This document shows positions 10,230 through 19,909 of a stretch of 64,000 bases of DNA, in pieces (position 1 is the stretch's first letter; each line of letters begins with the position of its first letter). The notes below the pieces were generated by a model that ran no database searches, was not told the origin of the DNA, and saw only the letters and a program-made list of their open reading frames with translations. This DNA comes from Candidatus Marinamargulisbacteria bacterium. GTDB lineage: Bacteria > Margulisbacteria > Marinamargulisbacteria > UBA817. Where the stretch lies: NCBI GenBank assembly GCA_049889215.1, contig JBMHDV010000027.1, forward strand, positions 97,185 through 161,184, given 5' to 3'. The translations under genes were made by a program, and so were the position numbers.

Positions 10230-11604
10230 GCCAAAAACGGCGTTTGAATGCATCGAGTGTGGCACTGAATATTTACGATGGCAAGGCCAGTGTGATCAAT
10301 GTTCTGAATGGAACTCCTTAGAGCCAATTACAATCATCGAAAAAACAGGGGTCTCGAAAGAGACCTCTTTTGGTGTCACCAAACTAGTCAATGTTCAGGA
10401 ACCTGAAACAAAACGATTAACATCAGGGTTTGATGAGTTAGATCGAGTGTTGGGGAGTGGGTGGGTGCATGGCAGTGTGAATTTAATTTGTGGCGAACCT
10501 GGCATCGGCAAATCAACCTTAGTATTGCAGTCATCCCTGGCATGTGCTTCCTCAGGAAAAAAGACATTGTACTTTACAGCAGAAGAGTCTGCCTTGCAGA
10601 TTAAAGATCGTGCACAGAGACTATCAAAGACCCTGCCAGACCAGATTTATATCTCTGCAACAACCGATATGGAATCAATTATATCCATGATAGAAAAAGA
10701 ATCCCCTGATGTTGTTATTTTGGATTCTATTCAAATGGTAATGAGCCAAAAATTAACATCAATGCCTGGTGCGCTTAACCAAGTTCGTTTGTGTGCATCA
10801 ATGTTTATTAATGCAGTAAAATCAGTTGGAGCCATAGGCATTGTTGTTGGTCACATTACCAAGGATGGCCAATTGGCGGGCCCTAAAATGCTGGAACATA
10901 TGGTGGATGTTATTTTATTTTTTGAAGGCGAACGATCCATGTCAATTCGCATGCTTAGAGCATTAAAAAATCGATACGGGACAACCAATGAAACTGGCTT
11001 ATTCCGAATGAAAGCTGAGGGATTGGAAGCCCTTGGTGAAAATTATCATTTGATGTCAGATGTTAAAAAACCACCATTGGCAGGATCAATAACAACGGCT
11101 GTTTTGTCTGGAACAAGGGGGATGCTAGTTGAGTGCCAATCATTGGTTGTTCAAGCCGGCTATCAGCATGTGAAGCGCACATTTGTTGGCTTAGATAACC
11201 ATCGTGCACATTTGATGGTTGCCATTTTAGATAAGTTTTTTCAACTGAAGTTAGCTGGAAAAGATGTTTTTATTTCATTGGTTGGTGGAATTAAAACACA
11301 ATTGCCAGATATTGATTTAGCTCTTTGTTTTTCGGTATGGTCATCACATTTTTCTCGTCCAGTCCCAAAAGATTTCGCAATTTTGGGTGAAGTTGGATTA
11401 ACTGGGGAAATTCTGCCCATTGCACATCTTGATCGATATATTAGTGCTATGGAACTACTGGGAATATCGTCATGCATCCTTCCAAAACAATGCGAAGCAG
11501 ATTGGGAAAAGGCCCGAAAAGTAACCCCCCTGTATGTAGAAACTATTTTTGATGCTTACAAATTATTTAATACCCTTTCCTTAAAACAAAATCAGGATCA
11601 TTAA
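10219..11604 (+). CDS. radA: DNA repair protein RadA/Sms
   Basis: C4 zinc finger CIECG..WQGQCDQC, GEPGIGKSTL, KNRYG motif, Lon-like C-terminus. Confidence 0.95.
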   Translation: MPSKPKTAFECIECGTEYLRWQGQCDQCSEWNSLEPITIIEKTGVSKETSFGVTKLVNVQEPETKRLTSGFDELDRVLGSGWVHGSVNLICGEPGIGKSTLVLQSSLACASSGKKTLYFTAEESALQIKDRAQRLSKTLPDQIYISATTDMESIISMIEKESPDVVILDSIQMVMSQKLTSMPGALNQVRLCASMFINAVKSVGAIGIVVGHITKDGQLAGPKMLEHMVDVILFFEGERSMSIRMLRALKNRYGTTNETGLFRMKAEGLEALGENYHLMSDVKKPPLAGSITTAVLSGTRGMLVECQSLVVQAGYQHVKRTFVGLDNHRAHLMVAILDKFFQLKLAGKDVFISLVGGIKTQLPDIDLALCFSVWSSHFSRPVPKDFAILGEVGLTGEILPIAHLDRYISAMELLGISSCILPKQCEADWEKARKVTPLYVETIFDAYKLFNTLSLKQNQDH

Positions 11605-11622
11605 TATTGCGATCCATCTGAC

Positions 11623-11651
11623 TTGACGTAGCGATAGCCCGGGTTTATTAT
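11623..11651 (+). promoter_or_regulatory. Sigma70-type promoter of rpsB-tsf
   Basis: TTGACG-N17-TATTAT, followed by AAGGAGG RBS before GTG 11675. Confidence 0.65.
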
Positions 11652-11674
11652 ACGATTTTGCAAGGAGGCAATTA

Positions 11675-12487
11675 GTGGCAAACGAAAAACAAACAGCACA
11701 AACAGAAGAAAAGCAAGGAAACTACCCTGTTTCTATGAGAGAGTTATTAGAATCAGGTGTTCATTTTGGTCACCAAACCAGACGATGGAATCCAAAAATG
11801 GATACTTACATTTACACATCAAGAAATGACATTCACGTTATTGATTTACAGCAAACCGTTGAATTAATAAAAGATGCTTATAACTACGTTAAAGATACAG
11901 TAGCAAAGAAAGGAACAATCCTTTTCGTTGGTACTAAAAAGCAAGCTCAAGATGCTATTGCCACTGAAGCTGAGCGTTGCAAAATGCCTTTTGTAAATCA
12001 ACGTTGGTTGGGTGGAACGTTGACAAACAACATTACAATCAGCGCGAGTGTTAAAAAATTAAAGCGTTTTGAAGAAGACCAAAACTTAGGTGTTTTTGAT
12101 CAACTTTCAAAGAAAGAAGCATCAAGAAAAACAAAGAGATTAGCTCGCTTACAACATTATTTAGGTGGAATTAAAGATATGCGTTATCTTCCTAAAGCAA
12201 TTTTTATTGTTGATACAGCGAAAGAAGAGTTAGCAATCAAAGAAGCTAAGAAACTAGGCATTAAAGTGATTGGATTAGTAGATACGAATGGAGATCCAAC
12301 TCATCTTGATTATCCAATTCCTGGTAACGACGATGCTATTCGAGCAATTAAATTAATTTGTTCAGTATTTGCAAACGCTGTTTTAGAAGGCGCTGCAGAA
12401 ACCGTTTCTGCTAATAACGATGATTCAGCAAATAACGTTTTAGTTGCTGAAGGTCGCTACGAAGAAGATAATCGTTTAGAACAATAG
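11675..12487 (+). CDS. rpsB: 30S ribosomal protein S2
   Basis: [38 protein letters not shown]. Confidence 0.98.
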   Translation: MANEKQTAQTEEKQGNYPVSMRELLESGVHFGHQTRRWNPKMDTYIYTSRNDIHVIDLQQTVELIKDAYNYVKDTVAKKGTILFVGTKKQAQDAIATEAERCKMPFVNQRWLGGTLTNNITISASVKKLKRFEEDQNLGVFDQLSKKEASRKTKRLARLQHYLGGIKDMRYLPKAIFIVDTAKEELAIKEAKKLGIKVIGLVDTNGDPTHLDYPIPGNDDAIRAIKLICSVFANAVLEGAAETVSANNDDSANNVLVAEGRYEEDNRLEQ

Positions 12488-12497
12488 GGAGATAAAC

Positions 12498-13310
12498 ATG
12501 GCAATTACAGCAGCATTAGTTAAAGAATTAAGAGAAAAAACAGGTGTTGGTATGATGGACTGCAAAAAAGTATTGCAAGAAACCAACGGAGATATTGAAG
12601 CAGCAATAAAGTCTTTACGCGAAAAGGGATTATCAAAAGCAGCTAAAAAGTCAGACCGAACCACCAAAGAAGGACGCGTTATTGCTTACGCAAAAGGATC
12701 TTCAGCTGTTTTACTCGAACTTAACTGTGAGACAGACTTCGTAGCAAATAATGATAATTTTAAAGCTTTAGGTTCAACCATAGCCGAAGTTATTGCCGCC
12801 AATAATCCTTCTACTGTAGATGATGTACGAGATTTAGACGTTAATGGCTCAAAAGTAGGTGAATTAATTTCTGATGCTGTATTGCAGTTGGGTGAAAACA
12901 TCAATGTTGGTCAATTCAAAGTTAAGTCAACTTCAGGTAGCTTTGCACAGTATGAACATACAAACGGAAAAATTGGTGTTGTTGTAGAATTTACGTCAAG
13001 TGTTGATGAAGAAGTTGGACGCGATATTGCCATGCAAGTTGCTGCAATGAATCCTCCATATGTTTCATCAGATCAAGTTCCAACTGAAGATATAAGCAAC
13101 GAAACGGATATTTTACGTAAACAAGCGATTGCAGAAGGAAAGCCAGAGCAAGTTGTTGATAAAATAATCCAAGGCCGATTATCAAAGTTTTATAAAGAAA
13201 ACTGTTTAGTTGAACAAGCTTTTGTTAAGGATGGAGATAAATCAATTAAAGACTTATTACCTGCTGATACAACAGTAACATCTTTTGAACGCTTTTCTTT
13301 GGTAGGCTAG
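12498..13310 (+). CDS. tsf: Elongation factor Ts
   Basis: [27 protein letters not shown]. Confidence 0.98.
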   Translation: MAITAALVKELREKTGVGMMDCKKVLQETNGDIEAAIKSLREKGLSKAAKKSDRTTKEGRVIAYAKGSSAVLLELNCETDFVANNDNFKALGSTIAEVIAANNPSTVDDVRDLDVNGSKVGELISDAVLQLGENINVGQFKVKSTSGSFAQYEHTNGKIGVVVEFTSSVDEEVGRDIAMQVAAMNPPYVSSDQVPTEDISNETDILRKQAIAEGKPEQVVDKIIQGRLSKFYKENCLVEQAFVKDGDKSIKDLLPADTTVTSFERFSLVG

Positions 13311-14438
13311 TTGAGAGAATATTTCGAGGAAATCGAAAGTCAGATTCTTTCACCACTTGCTGTAAAGAGCATTCAATCAAAGGGACGAGAGTTTAATGAG
13401 TCTCTTGATCTTACTAGAACTTGTTTTCAACGTGACCGAGATCGAATTATCCATTCGAAGTCGTTCCGTCGGTTAAAACATAAAACACAGGTATTTGTTT
13501 CAACGGAAAAAGACCATGTTCGGTCACGATTAACGCATAGCATAGAGGTCTCTCAAATTGCTCGTCATATGGCTCGATTATTGCGCCTAAATGAAGATTT
13601 AACCGAAGCTATCTCCTTGGCTCATGATCTTGGGCACCCTCCTTTTGGGCACGCAGGTGAAGAAACCCTAAACGAATTAATGTCAGAGCATGAAGGATTT
13701 GAACATAATGAACAGTCCTTAAGAATCGTTGATTTACTGGAGTCAAAGTACCCAAACTTTCCTGGTTTAAATCTTAGTTATGAAGTTAGGCAAGGCATTC
13801 AAAAGCATAAAACCCCTTATGATCAACCACTGGCGGATCATTCAGACTCATTTGTGTCTTTAGAAGCTCAAATTGTTAATTTAGCGGATGAAATCACATA
13901 TACTGCTCATGATGTAGATGATGCAATTACTGCCACAATCTTATCGGATAGTGATTTGGTAAAACATGTTAGTATTTGGCGACGATTTAGCAACGAAGTG
14001 TTGTCAGAGTATGCTAATTTATCTGAAAAGCAGTATGCGTATCTAATGCATTCCAAACTGATTACCAATCAAATTAGAAATGTTATTCAAACTGCGAAAG
14101 AAAAAATTCAAACATCTGGAATTTCTACATTAGCTGAGCTTCAGGCTACACCAAAAGAGTTGATTATCTTTTCAAATGAGTTCAAAGACGAAATTAATCA
14201 ATTAAGATCGTTTTTGTTTGATAATTATTACAGTCACTATGATATTTATCGTTCAAATAAAAAAGGTCAAATGATAATTAAAACTTTATTTAAAGCTTTA
14301 TCTGCAGATTTTAGGTTGATACCAAAAGATTATTATCAGGGACGTGAGGATGAAACCAACGAACGTATTGTTTGTGATTATATTTCAGGGATGACAGATT
14401 CATTTGCTTTATCAGAGTATCACGATCTATATTCATAA
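13311..14438 (+). CDS. dgt: Deoxyguanosinetriphosphate triphosphohydrolase (HD domain)
   Basis: FQRDRDRIIHSKSFRRLKHKTQVF, RLTHSIEV, AHDLGHPPFGHAGE, DYISGMTD. Confidence 0.93.
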   Translation: MREYFEEIESQILSPLAVKSIQSKGREFNESLDLTRTCFQRDRDRIIHSKSFRRLKHKTQVFVSTEKDHVRSRLTHSIEVSQIARHMARLLRLNEDLTEAISLAHDLGHPPFGHAGEETLNELMSEHEGFEHNEQSLRIVDLLESKYPNFPGLNLSYEVRQGIQKHKTPYDQPLADHSDSFVSLEAQIVNLADEITYTAHDVDDAITATILSDSDLVKHVSIWRRFSNEVLSEYANLSEKQYAYLMHSKLITNQIRNVIQTAKEKIQTSGISTLAELQATPKELIIFSNEFKDEINQLRSFLFDNYYSHYDIYRSNKKGQMIIKTLFKALSADFRLIPKDYYQGREDETNERIVCDYISGMTDSFALSEYHDLYS

Positions 14439-14445
14439 GCGTGAT

Positions 14446-14474
14446 TTGCATTTTTCTTAACAGTTCGATAGATT
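14446..14474 (+). promoter_or_regulatory. Sigma70-type promoter of trxA
   Basis: TTGCAT-N17-TAGATT, followed by AGGAGG RBS. Confidence 0.55.
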
Positions 14475-14491
14475 AAATTCAGGAGGAAATT

Positions 14492-14818
14492 ATGTCAGTA
14501 ACAGTAGCAACAGATGAAAATTTTAAAAATGAAGTTCTAGAAAGCGACCGTCCAGCTTTGGTTGATTTTTGGGCAGAGTGGTGCGGGCCTTGTCGTATGA
14601 TGGCGCCTGTCATTGAAACAATTTCAGAAAAGTACAACGATAAGTTAAAGGTATTAAAGCTTGATGCGGACAACAACCAGCAGTCAGCTGCAGATTACCA
14701 AATCACTGGGTTACCATGCTGTGTTGTGTTTAAAGGTGGCGAAGAGATTGCACGAATTGTTGGCTTTCGAAGCGAAGATGCAATTGTTGAAGAATTAAAA
14801 AAGCACATCGACCTATAA
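14492..14818 (+). CDS. trxA: Thioredoxin
   Basis: DFWAEWCGPC motif. Confidence 0.97.
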   Translation: MSVTVATDENFKNEVLESDRPALVDFWAEWCGPCRMMAPVIETISEKYNDKLKVLKLDADNNQQSAADYQITGLPCCVVFKGGEEIARIVGFRSEDAIVEELKKHIDL

Positions 14819-14836
14819 AGAAAAAAAGGGGGGGGA

Positions 14837-16804
14837 CTATGTTGATCTACTTAGTTCAATTACTTTATTGAGTGCACGCGTAATAGCTGCTAAGCACGCT
14901 TTTTCATCCAATTGATTTACTTTACCAGTTGCATTGCCATCAATAGGAATGCCCATCTCTTCACGTGCAATACGCACACTGTCCAATGCATTTACTACAC
15001 GGCCAACAGCTGTTCTAGCAGAGGCCATTGGAAATCCAGATCGTATGATCACCTTATGGTTAAAGTGTTCAATAACAATAAATGGACGTGCATGTCCGTT
15101 GTTGTTTTCAGTAGCGGCAAATAAAAATGAGGCAATATTACCTCGACTATCTTGGCCAGTCGCAAGATCATTACCAATCATCCCCTCTAAAGCCGCTATA
15201 TTTATTTCATTTGCAAGATACGAGTCATTAATAGAATCTTTCGATAATTTTACAATGTCAGGTAAATTTAGACCCAGAGAGGTGAATTTATTAGCGTCTA
15301 TCGTTGCATTAAATGTAGGGCCTCGATCAGTATGGTAATTTGATAAGATTCCCCCCTTTGCTTCCCAACCTGTTTTAGGAGTCATTTTGTTCATTATTTG
15401 GCGACAAAGTTCTGCATAGGCATTGGCACGATTAGCCCCTTGAGTTTCTCCGACATGCAATCGAACATTTTGTCGAACGGTTGAGTTGCCCAATTGAACA
15501 ACATCATGTCCATTTTGAATGATTAAGGAATGCCCAAGTCGTTTTTCAAGGCGGTTTAATGTATTATCTTCATTTTTTTCATCAGTAGCCATAATTTTTT
15601 TGTTTTGTTCAGCTAAAAATAACGGGTCATTTAACATAGAAATAAAACGATCGGTTGATTGTTTCCTTTTATTTATTTGCCTATAAAAAATTTGGGCAAT
15701 AATTTCTGGAGTTTTTGTTTCTATTGTAATATCACAATGATTTAATAACGTTACTGCGTTTGAGCCCTGCATATCAAACAGGCCAGAGACCACAATCGAA
15801 TGGCCCGCCACAGAGAATGAGTTCAATGGTATATTAACATTTGTAACATAGTTTTCGACTAGGGATGCCATTGTCGCATTGCTAGTACCGTCCACATCTT
15901 GTGGAACATCAAGTCGTACAATATCACCTGTTCCTGCATTATGGTGATCCATATGATGAGCTCGGTTTCCTTTAAAAAAGATGGATCGAAGTGCAGCAAG
16001 ATTTTGCAAAATTGCTAAGACCCCAGTGGATTTTGCAAATAGGGTTGGATCCTTTGTGTTTTCTTTTCCAAAGATCGCCACCGCATCTTCAGTAAGCTTT
16101 TCATCGCATTTGTTCAAAGAATAAGTATCAAGAATCGGGCTTTTAATTCGGCCAATCAGCGTAGTTGAATTATAACAGATTTCCCAGTGAACTAATGGAC
16201 CGTATTGGGGGCGATTCGATTTAAAATCAATGCCAGAATCAATGGCATGACTTAATAATATGGCCGTGGCTTTTATTGCATTTGATGGAATTAAAGCATC
16301 CAAATACGGAAATGTCGCATTGATAATACCTTTATTATTCGTAATTGCTCGTAATGGGTCTTTTCGTGCAGCATTATAAATATCATAAATTCCTTCAGCC
16401 ATTTTATGACCAGATACCTCATCTTTTTGTAATCGGTTAAATGGGATGACACATTCAATCATTAATGTATTTTTAACCTTTTTAATATTTAGAGTTTCGA
16501 CCAATTTTCCCATTCCAGTAGCCCCAGCAATAACGGATGCTTCCTCTTGTTTTAATGGGTAAAAACTTTGATTAAAAATTGCACTAGGTAGTTGGACAAC
16601 CCCTAAAGGTATTTTAGCTATATTTTTTTCTGCCATTGGTTCAACATGATTGGGTAAGCCAAATAATTCCCGGCGCTCACAAACAGTCATTTGATGTAAT
16701 TTCGGCTGTTGACCTGTTTGAATGGCTCTGTAATTTTGTCGTAATAAGCCATGACGCTGCTGTTTTCGTGTGAACAATGTTAAGGACGGGATTAATCGAT
16801 GCAT
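14837..16804 (-). CDS. Tandem-duplicated, divergent class II HMG-CoA reductase-like protein (single-chain pseudo-dimer)
   Basis: Half 1 has EEASVIAG, DPLRAITNNKGIIN and LQNLAALRS..GNRAHHM. Half 2 has VENYV, ETQGAN, ILSN and LATGQDSR. These are recognisable variants of the class II HMGR motifs EEPSVVAA, DPYRAATHNKGIMN, AQNFAALRA..GIQRGHM, IENVIG, DAMGAN, ILSN and ATGNDWR. Confidence 0.75.
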   Translation of the reverse strand: MHRLIPSLTLFTRKQQRHGLLRQNYRAIQTGQQPKLHQMTVCERRELFGLPNHVEPMAEKNIAKIPLGVVQLPSAIFNQSFYPLKQEEASVIAGATGMGKLVETLNIKKVKNTLMIECVIPFNRLQKDEVSGHKMAEGIYDIYNAARKDPLRAITNNKGIINATFPYLDALIPSNAIKATAILLSHAIDSGIDFKSNRPQYGPLVHWEICYNSTTLIGRIKSPILDTYSLNKCDEKLTEDAVAIFGKENTKDPTLFAKSTGVLAILQNLAALRSIFFKGNRAHHMDHHNAGTGDIVRLDVPQDVDGTSNATMASLVENYVTNVNIPLNSFSVAGHSIVVSGLFDMQGSNAVTLLNHCDITIETKTPEIIAQIFYRQINKRKQSTDRFISMLNDPLFLAEQNKKIMATDEKNEDNTLNRLEKRLGHSLIIQNGHDVVQLGNSTVRQNVRLHVGETQGANRANAYAELCRQIMNKMTPKTGWEAKGGILSNYHTDRGPTFNATIDANKFTSLGLNLPDIVKLSKDSINDSYLANEINIAALEGMIGNDLATGQDSRGNIASFLFAATENNNGHARPFIVIEHFNHKVIIRSGFPMASARTAVGRVVNALDSVRIAREEMGIPIDGNATGKVNQLDEKACLAAITRALNKVIELSRST

Positions 16805-16833
16805 GAATAAACGGTGAAACAGCCTCTAATTGA

Positions 16834-17541
16834 TTATTGTTTTAATGCGGCTACCGCTGTTTTGTAATTTGGGCTTGCAAATAAATATGAGGCAGAAATC
16901 AATACAGTGGCACCCGCCTGGATTAATTGATGAGCATTGGTGTCATTAACTCCACCATCCACTTTTATTTCTCCAGAAAAGTGACGTCGAACCTGTGCAA
17001 CACGATCCACGGCATCTTGAATAAACGACTGACCAGAAAAACCAGGGTGAACACTCATAATAAGCACACTATCTACATTTGGTAATATAGGAAGCAATAC
17101 ATCAGTATTTGTATTTGGGTTAATCGTAATTCCAGGCTTTATCCCTTTTGAATTTAAATATGAGATATCGTTTTGCAAACGATCATAGTCAACATGTTGT
17201 ACTGTTCGTGATTGATCTAAAATTGAGTCATGTTTAACTGCAGCTGTATCGTAAGCTTCAATATGGAAACAAATTTCATTAACATCGCATTGAATGTATG
17301 CATCAAAAAACATCCATGGAGCGTCAATCATTAAATGAGCATCCAGTGGAAGATTTGTAATACCTCTAATGGGTTTGATTACAGGAGGTCCAAATGACAA
17401 GCTTGGTGCCATATGGTTATCCATGACATCCAAATGTAATGAATCAACACCAGCTGACTCAACTTTTGCAATATCATCGCCTAGGGTTAAGAAATTTGCG
17501 GATAAAATACTCGCTGAAACTTTTATGTTATCATTGCCCAT
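16834..17541 (-). CDS. rpe: Ribulose-phosphate 3-epimerase
   Basis: SILSANF, LHLDVMDNH, DAHLMI, MSVHPGFSGQSF, VDGGVN. Confidence 0.95.
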   Translation of the reverse strand: MGNDNIKVSASILSANFLTLGDDIAKVESAGVDSLHLDVMDNHMAPSLSFGPPVIKPIRGITNLPLDAHLMIDAPWMFFDAYIQCDVNEICFHIEAYDTAAVKHDSILDQSRTVQHVDYDRLQNDISYLNSKGIKPGITINPNTNTDVLLPILPNVDSVLIMSVHPGFSGQSFIQDAVDRVAQVRRHFSGEIKVDGGVNDTNAHQLIQAGATVLISASYLFASPNYKTAVAALKQ

Positions 17542-18519
17542 ATGGAAAACTATAAGATGGAATCTAAAAAAGATCTAGAGCTTGAAAGCTCAGTTTTCAA
17601 AATGAATGAAATTACAAAAAAATTTAAACTTACACCACGAACCATACGGTATTACGAATCAGAAGGACTTTTAGGGGAAGTAACCCGTAGCATTGGCTAT
17701 ACTCGTTATTTTAGCGAGGAAGCAGTTAATCGACTAAAAGAGGTTATTCGCCTAAAAAGAAAAGGGTTAAAAATAGCTGAAATAAAAGCAATGTTTGATG
17801 AGAAGTATCCCTCAAAAAAAGTTAAACAAATAAGTCAACTTTGCATTAGCGATGTTTTTTTATCAAAGGACGATATCTCAAAATGTGTTCAACATAATAT
17901 CTTAGTAAGGGAATCAACAATTAAAATTAAAAAGTTGAAATTAAATTACCTAGATTGGAAAAAGTTAAGTTTTTGTGAGTATGAACAACCATTTGATATC
18001 GTGTCTAAACCAGTTGAGTCAACGCCATCTTTACACATCGGGCTTCCTCATTTTGACCGCTGGCTAGGCAATGCAAATCGCAGTATTGTGAAACATCTTT
18101 TCGCTCAGATAAATACAGTTAAAATTAATCAGAATTGGGTTGATCTAATGATCCAAGGGGCCTGTGAATGGTGTATTTACCCTGCAAAAATTTTGGTGAA
18201 AGATCCATTTATAAATGAGGTTGATCAACCGTATTTAATTAAAGTTAGATATGCAAAAGAAGAAACGCACCATATTGTTTTTGAAAAGGATTTATTTGAT
18301 ACTCTTGAACGGCAATTTAAAGCGTATTCAAAGCAAAGAGAAAGATTATTAAACCATGTCACCCTCTCAATATTTCCACAACATCCAAATGTAAAAAAAT
18401 TTAATTCTTTTATTCAAAAGATGGTCCCTCATAAGGAGCTGTTGACCATAGAAGATTTGTCACCAGTCTACTTAAAAAGTTTGAAAGATGAATGTGGTAT
18501 TCTTCTATCGTTTGTTTAA
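17542..18519 (+). CDS. MerR-family HTH regulator with a degenerate DegV-like C-terminal region
   Basis: LTPRTIRYYESEGLL..GYTRYF..GLKIAEIK is a MerR HTH. The C-terminal part only weakly resembles DegV. The start may be ATG 17557 or later. Confidence 0.7.
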   Translation: MENYKMESKKDLELESSVFKMNEITKKFKLTPRTIRYYESEGLLGEVTRSIGYTRYFSEEAVNRLKEVIRLKRKGLKIAEIKAMFDEKYPSKKVKQISQLCISDVFLSKDDISKCVQHNILVRESTIKIKKLKLNYLDWKKLSFCEYEQPFDIVSKPVESTPSLHIGLPHFDRWLGNANRSIVKHLFAQINTVKINQNWVDLMIQGACEWCIYPAKILVKDPFINEVDQPYLIKVRYAKEETHHIVFEKDLFDTLERQFKAYSKQRERLLNHVTLSIFPQHPNVKKFNSFIQKMVPHKELLTIEDLSPVYLKSLKDECGILLSFV

Positions 18520-19842
18520 GTAATTTTCAATGTTTTCCCAAGATTTTGGAATATCATGGGTTAAATTTTCACTTCCAGTTGCTGTCAGGCGCAGGTTGTC
18601 TTCAATTCGAATTCCTAGAGACTGAGATTCTCCATTAAGTTCAAAAAAACCATATAAGCCTGGCTCAATCGTAATCACATTATTTTCAACAAGTGCTTGG
18701 GAACGATAGGCGCGGTTTGAGTCTCCATCATGGACTTGAATTCCTAAAAAGTGACCAATATTGTGGGGCTGCTGTTTATAATCTCGCTTGTATGTTCCGC
18801 CACGTGAATGGAATTTAGTTTCCAACAAATGGTCAAGAGTTGACCATGCAAACTCATTCAACTCATTAAAACTGACTCCGGGTCGAACCATATCGATGGT
18901 TTTTAGTTGAGTTTCTAAAACAATATCCATAAGGTGTTTTTGTAAATCGGTAAATTTTCCAATTGCTGGGATCGTTCGCGATACATCACTGCAAATACTT
19001 TGCCAGCGCAGTCCAAAGTCCATTAAAATCAAATCATTTTTTTGAATGGGAGAGCTATTATTGGTGTAATGCAATATACATGCATTTTCATTTTTAGCTA
19101 CAATAGGAGAAAACCCAAGGCCAAACTCACTTTCTTTTAAAAGTTCACCAATTAAGTGTCCAGTTAACGTTGTTTCGGAGTTATAGGGGATCCCTGATAG
19201 TACATTGGCAAAGGCATTGGCTGTTTTTTGTGCTGCAGTATAAAAACATTCAATGGTTGTAGAGTCATGAATTAGTCGTTGCTTCCAAGATAATTCAGAT
19301 ACATCGTGAAATGTAATTTTATCCTTAAGTTTCCGCTTTAATGATTGACGTAAACGATAGGCCTCATCTTTGATAGCGCTCCTTTTATACCGTTGCTGCA
19401 TCATGTGGCAGCATGACTCTAAGCGTAAACGTTCAAGTAAAAACGGTTGGAGTTCAGCCATAGAGTGGCAGTGATGAATATTAAGTTGTTTAAAAAATTC
19501 TTCAGATTTTGCATGATTAACAGCAAAATAATCACCATCCCAAAATACGGTATTTTCAGAATATTCTGGCAAAAAAATGTGATGTTCATTACGTTTTGGG
19601 TCCAACACAAGCGCAATGCCGGTTTGGTTAACACCGGTAAGGTACAGTAAAAAACTATCTTGATACACTGGTTGGTAGCAGTGAGCCCATGGATATACTT
19701 GGTTGGGCCCAAGCGATGGTGCCATAATTACAATTGGCCCATCACATTGTGACATTAGCCATTCACGACGCTGGTAATTTCGTTTAGAAATGGTGTGAAT
19801 ATCCAAGTCATCATTGATAAATAGAGGCGCTTGAGGAAACAT
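18505..19842 (-). CDS. pepP: Xaa-Pro aminopeptidase (M24B)
   Basis: YQDSFLLYLTG, ILHY, DFG..SDVSRT, HNIGHFLGIQVHD, TIEPGLY, GIRIED. Confidence 0.9.
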   Translation of the reverse strand: MFPQAPLFINDDLDIHTISKRNYQRREWLMSQCDGPIVIMAPSLGPNQVYPWAHCYQPVYQDSFLLYLTGVNQTGIALVLDPKRNEHHIFLPEYSENTVFWDGDYFAVNHAKSEEFFKQLNIHHCHSMAELQPFLLERLRLESCCHMMQQRYKRSAIKDEAYRLRQSLKRKLKDKITFHDVSELSWKQRLIHDSTTIECFYTAAQKTANAFANVLSGIPYNSETTLTGHLIGELLKESEFGLGFSPIVAKNENACILHYTNNSSPIQKNDLILMDFGLRWQSICSDVSRTIPAIGKFTDLQKHLMDIVLETQLKTIDMVRPGVSFNELNEFAWSTLDHLLETKFHSRGGTYKRDYKQQPHNIGHFLGIQVHDGDSNRAYRSQALVENNVITIEPGLYGFFELNGESQSLGIRIEDNLRLTATGSENLTHDIPKSWENIENYLNKR

Positions 19843-19909
19843 ATCCTTAGTATACCAAAACTAGTACCCCCATTTTATAAATGGTGCTTATTTGTTAATA
19901 TGATTTCAT

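Noticed and set aside
13311-14438. dGTPase as an anti-phage defence gene
   Set aside because: It is the short housekeeping-type Dgt in the rpsB-tsf operon, with no defence-island context.
14912-15338. Plus-strand ORFs (70 and 134 aa) inside the HMGR-like gene
   Set aside because: Antisense shadows; the minus frame carries the recognisable motifs.
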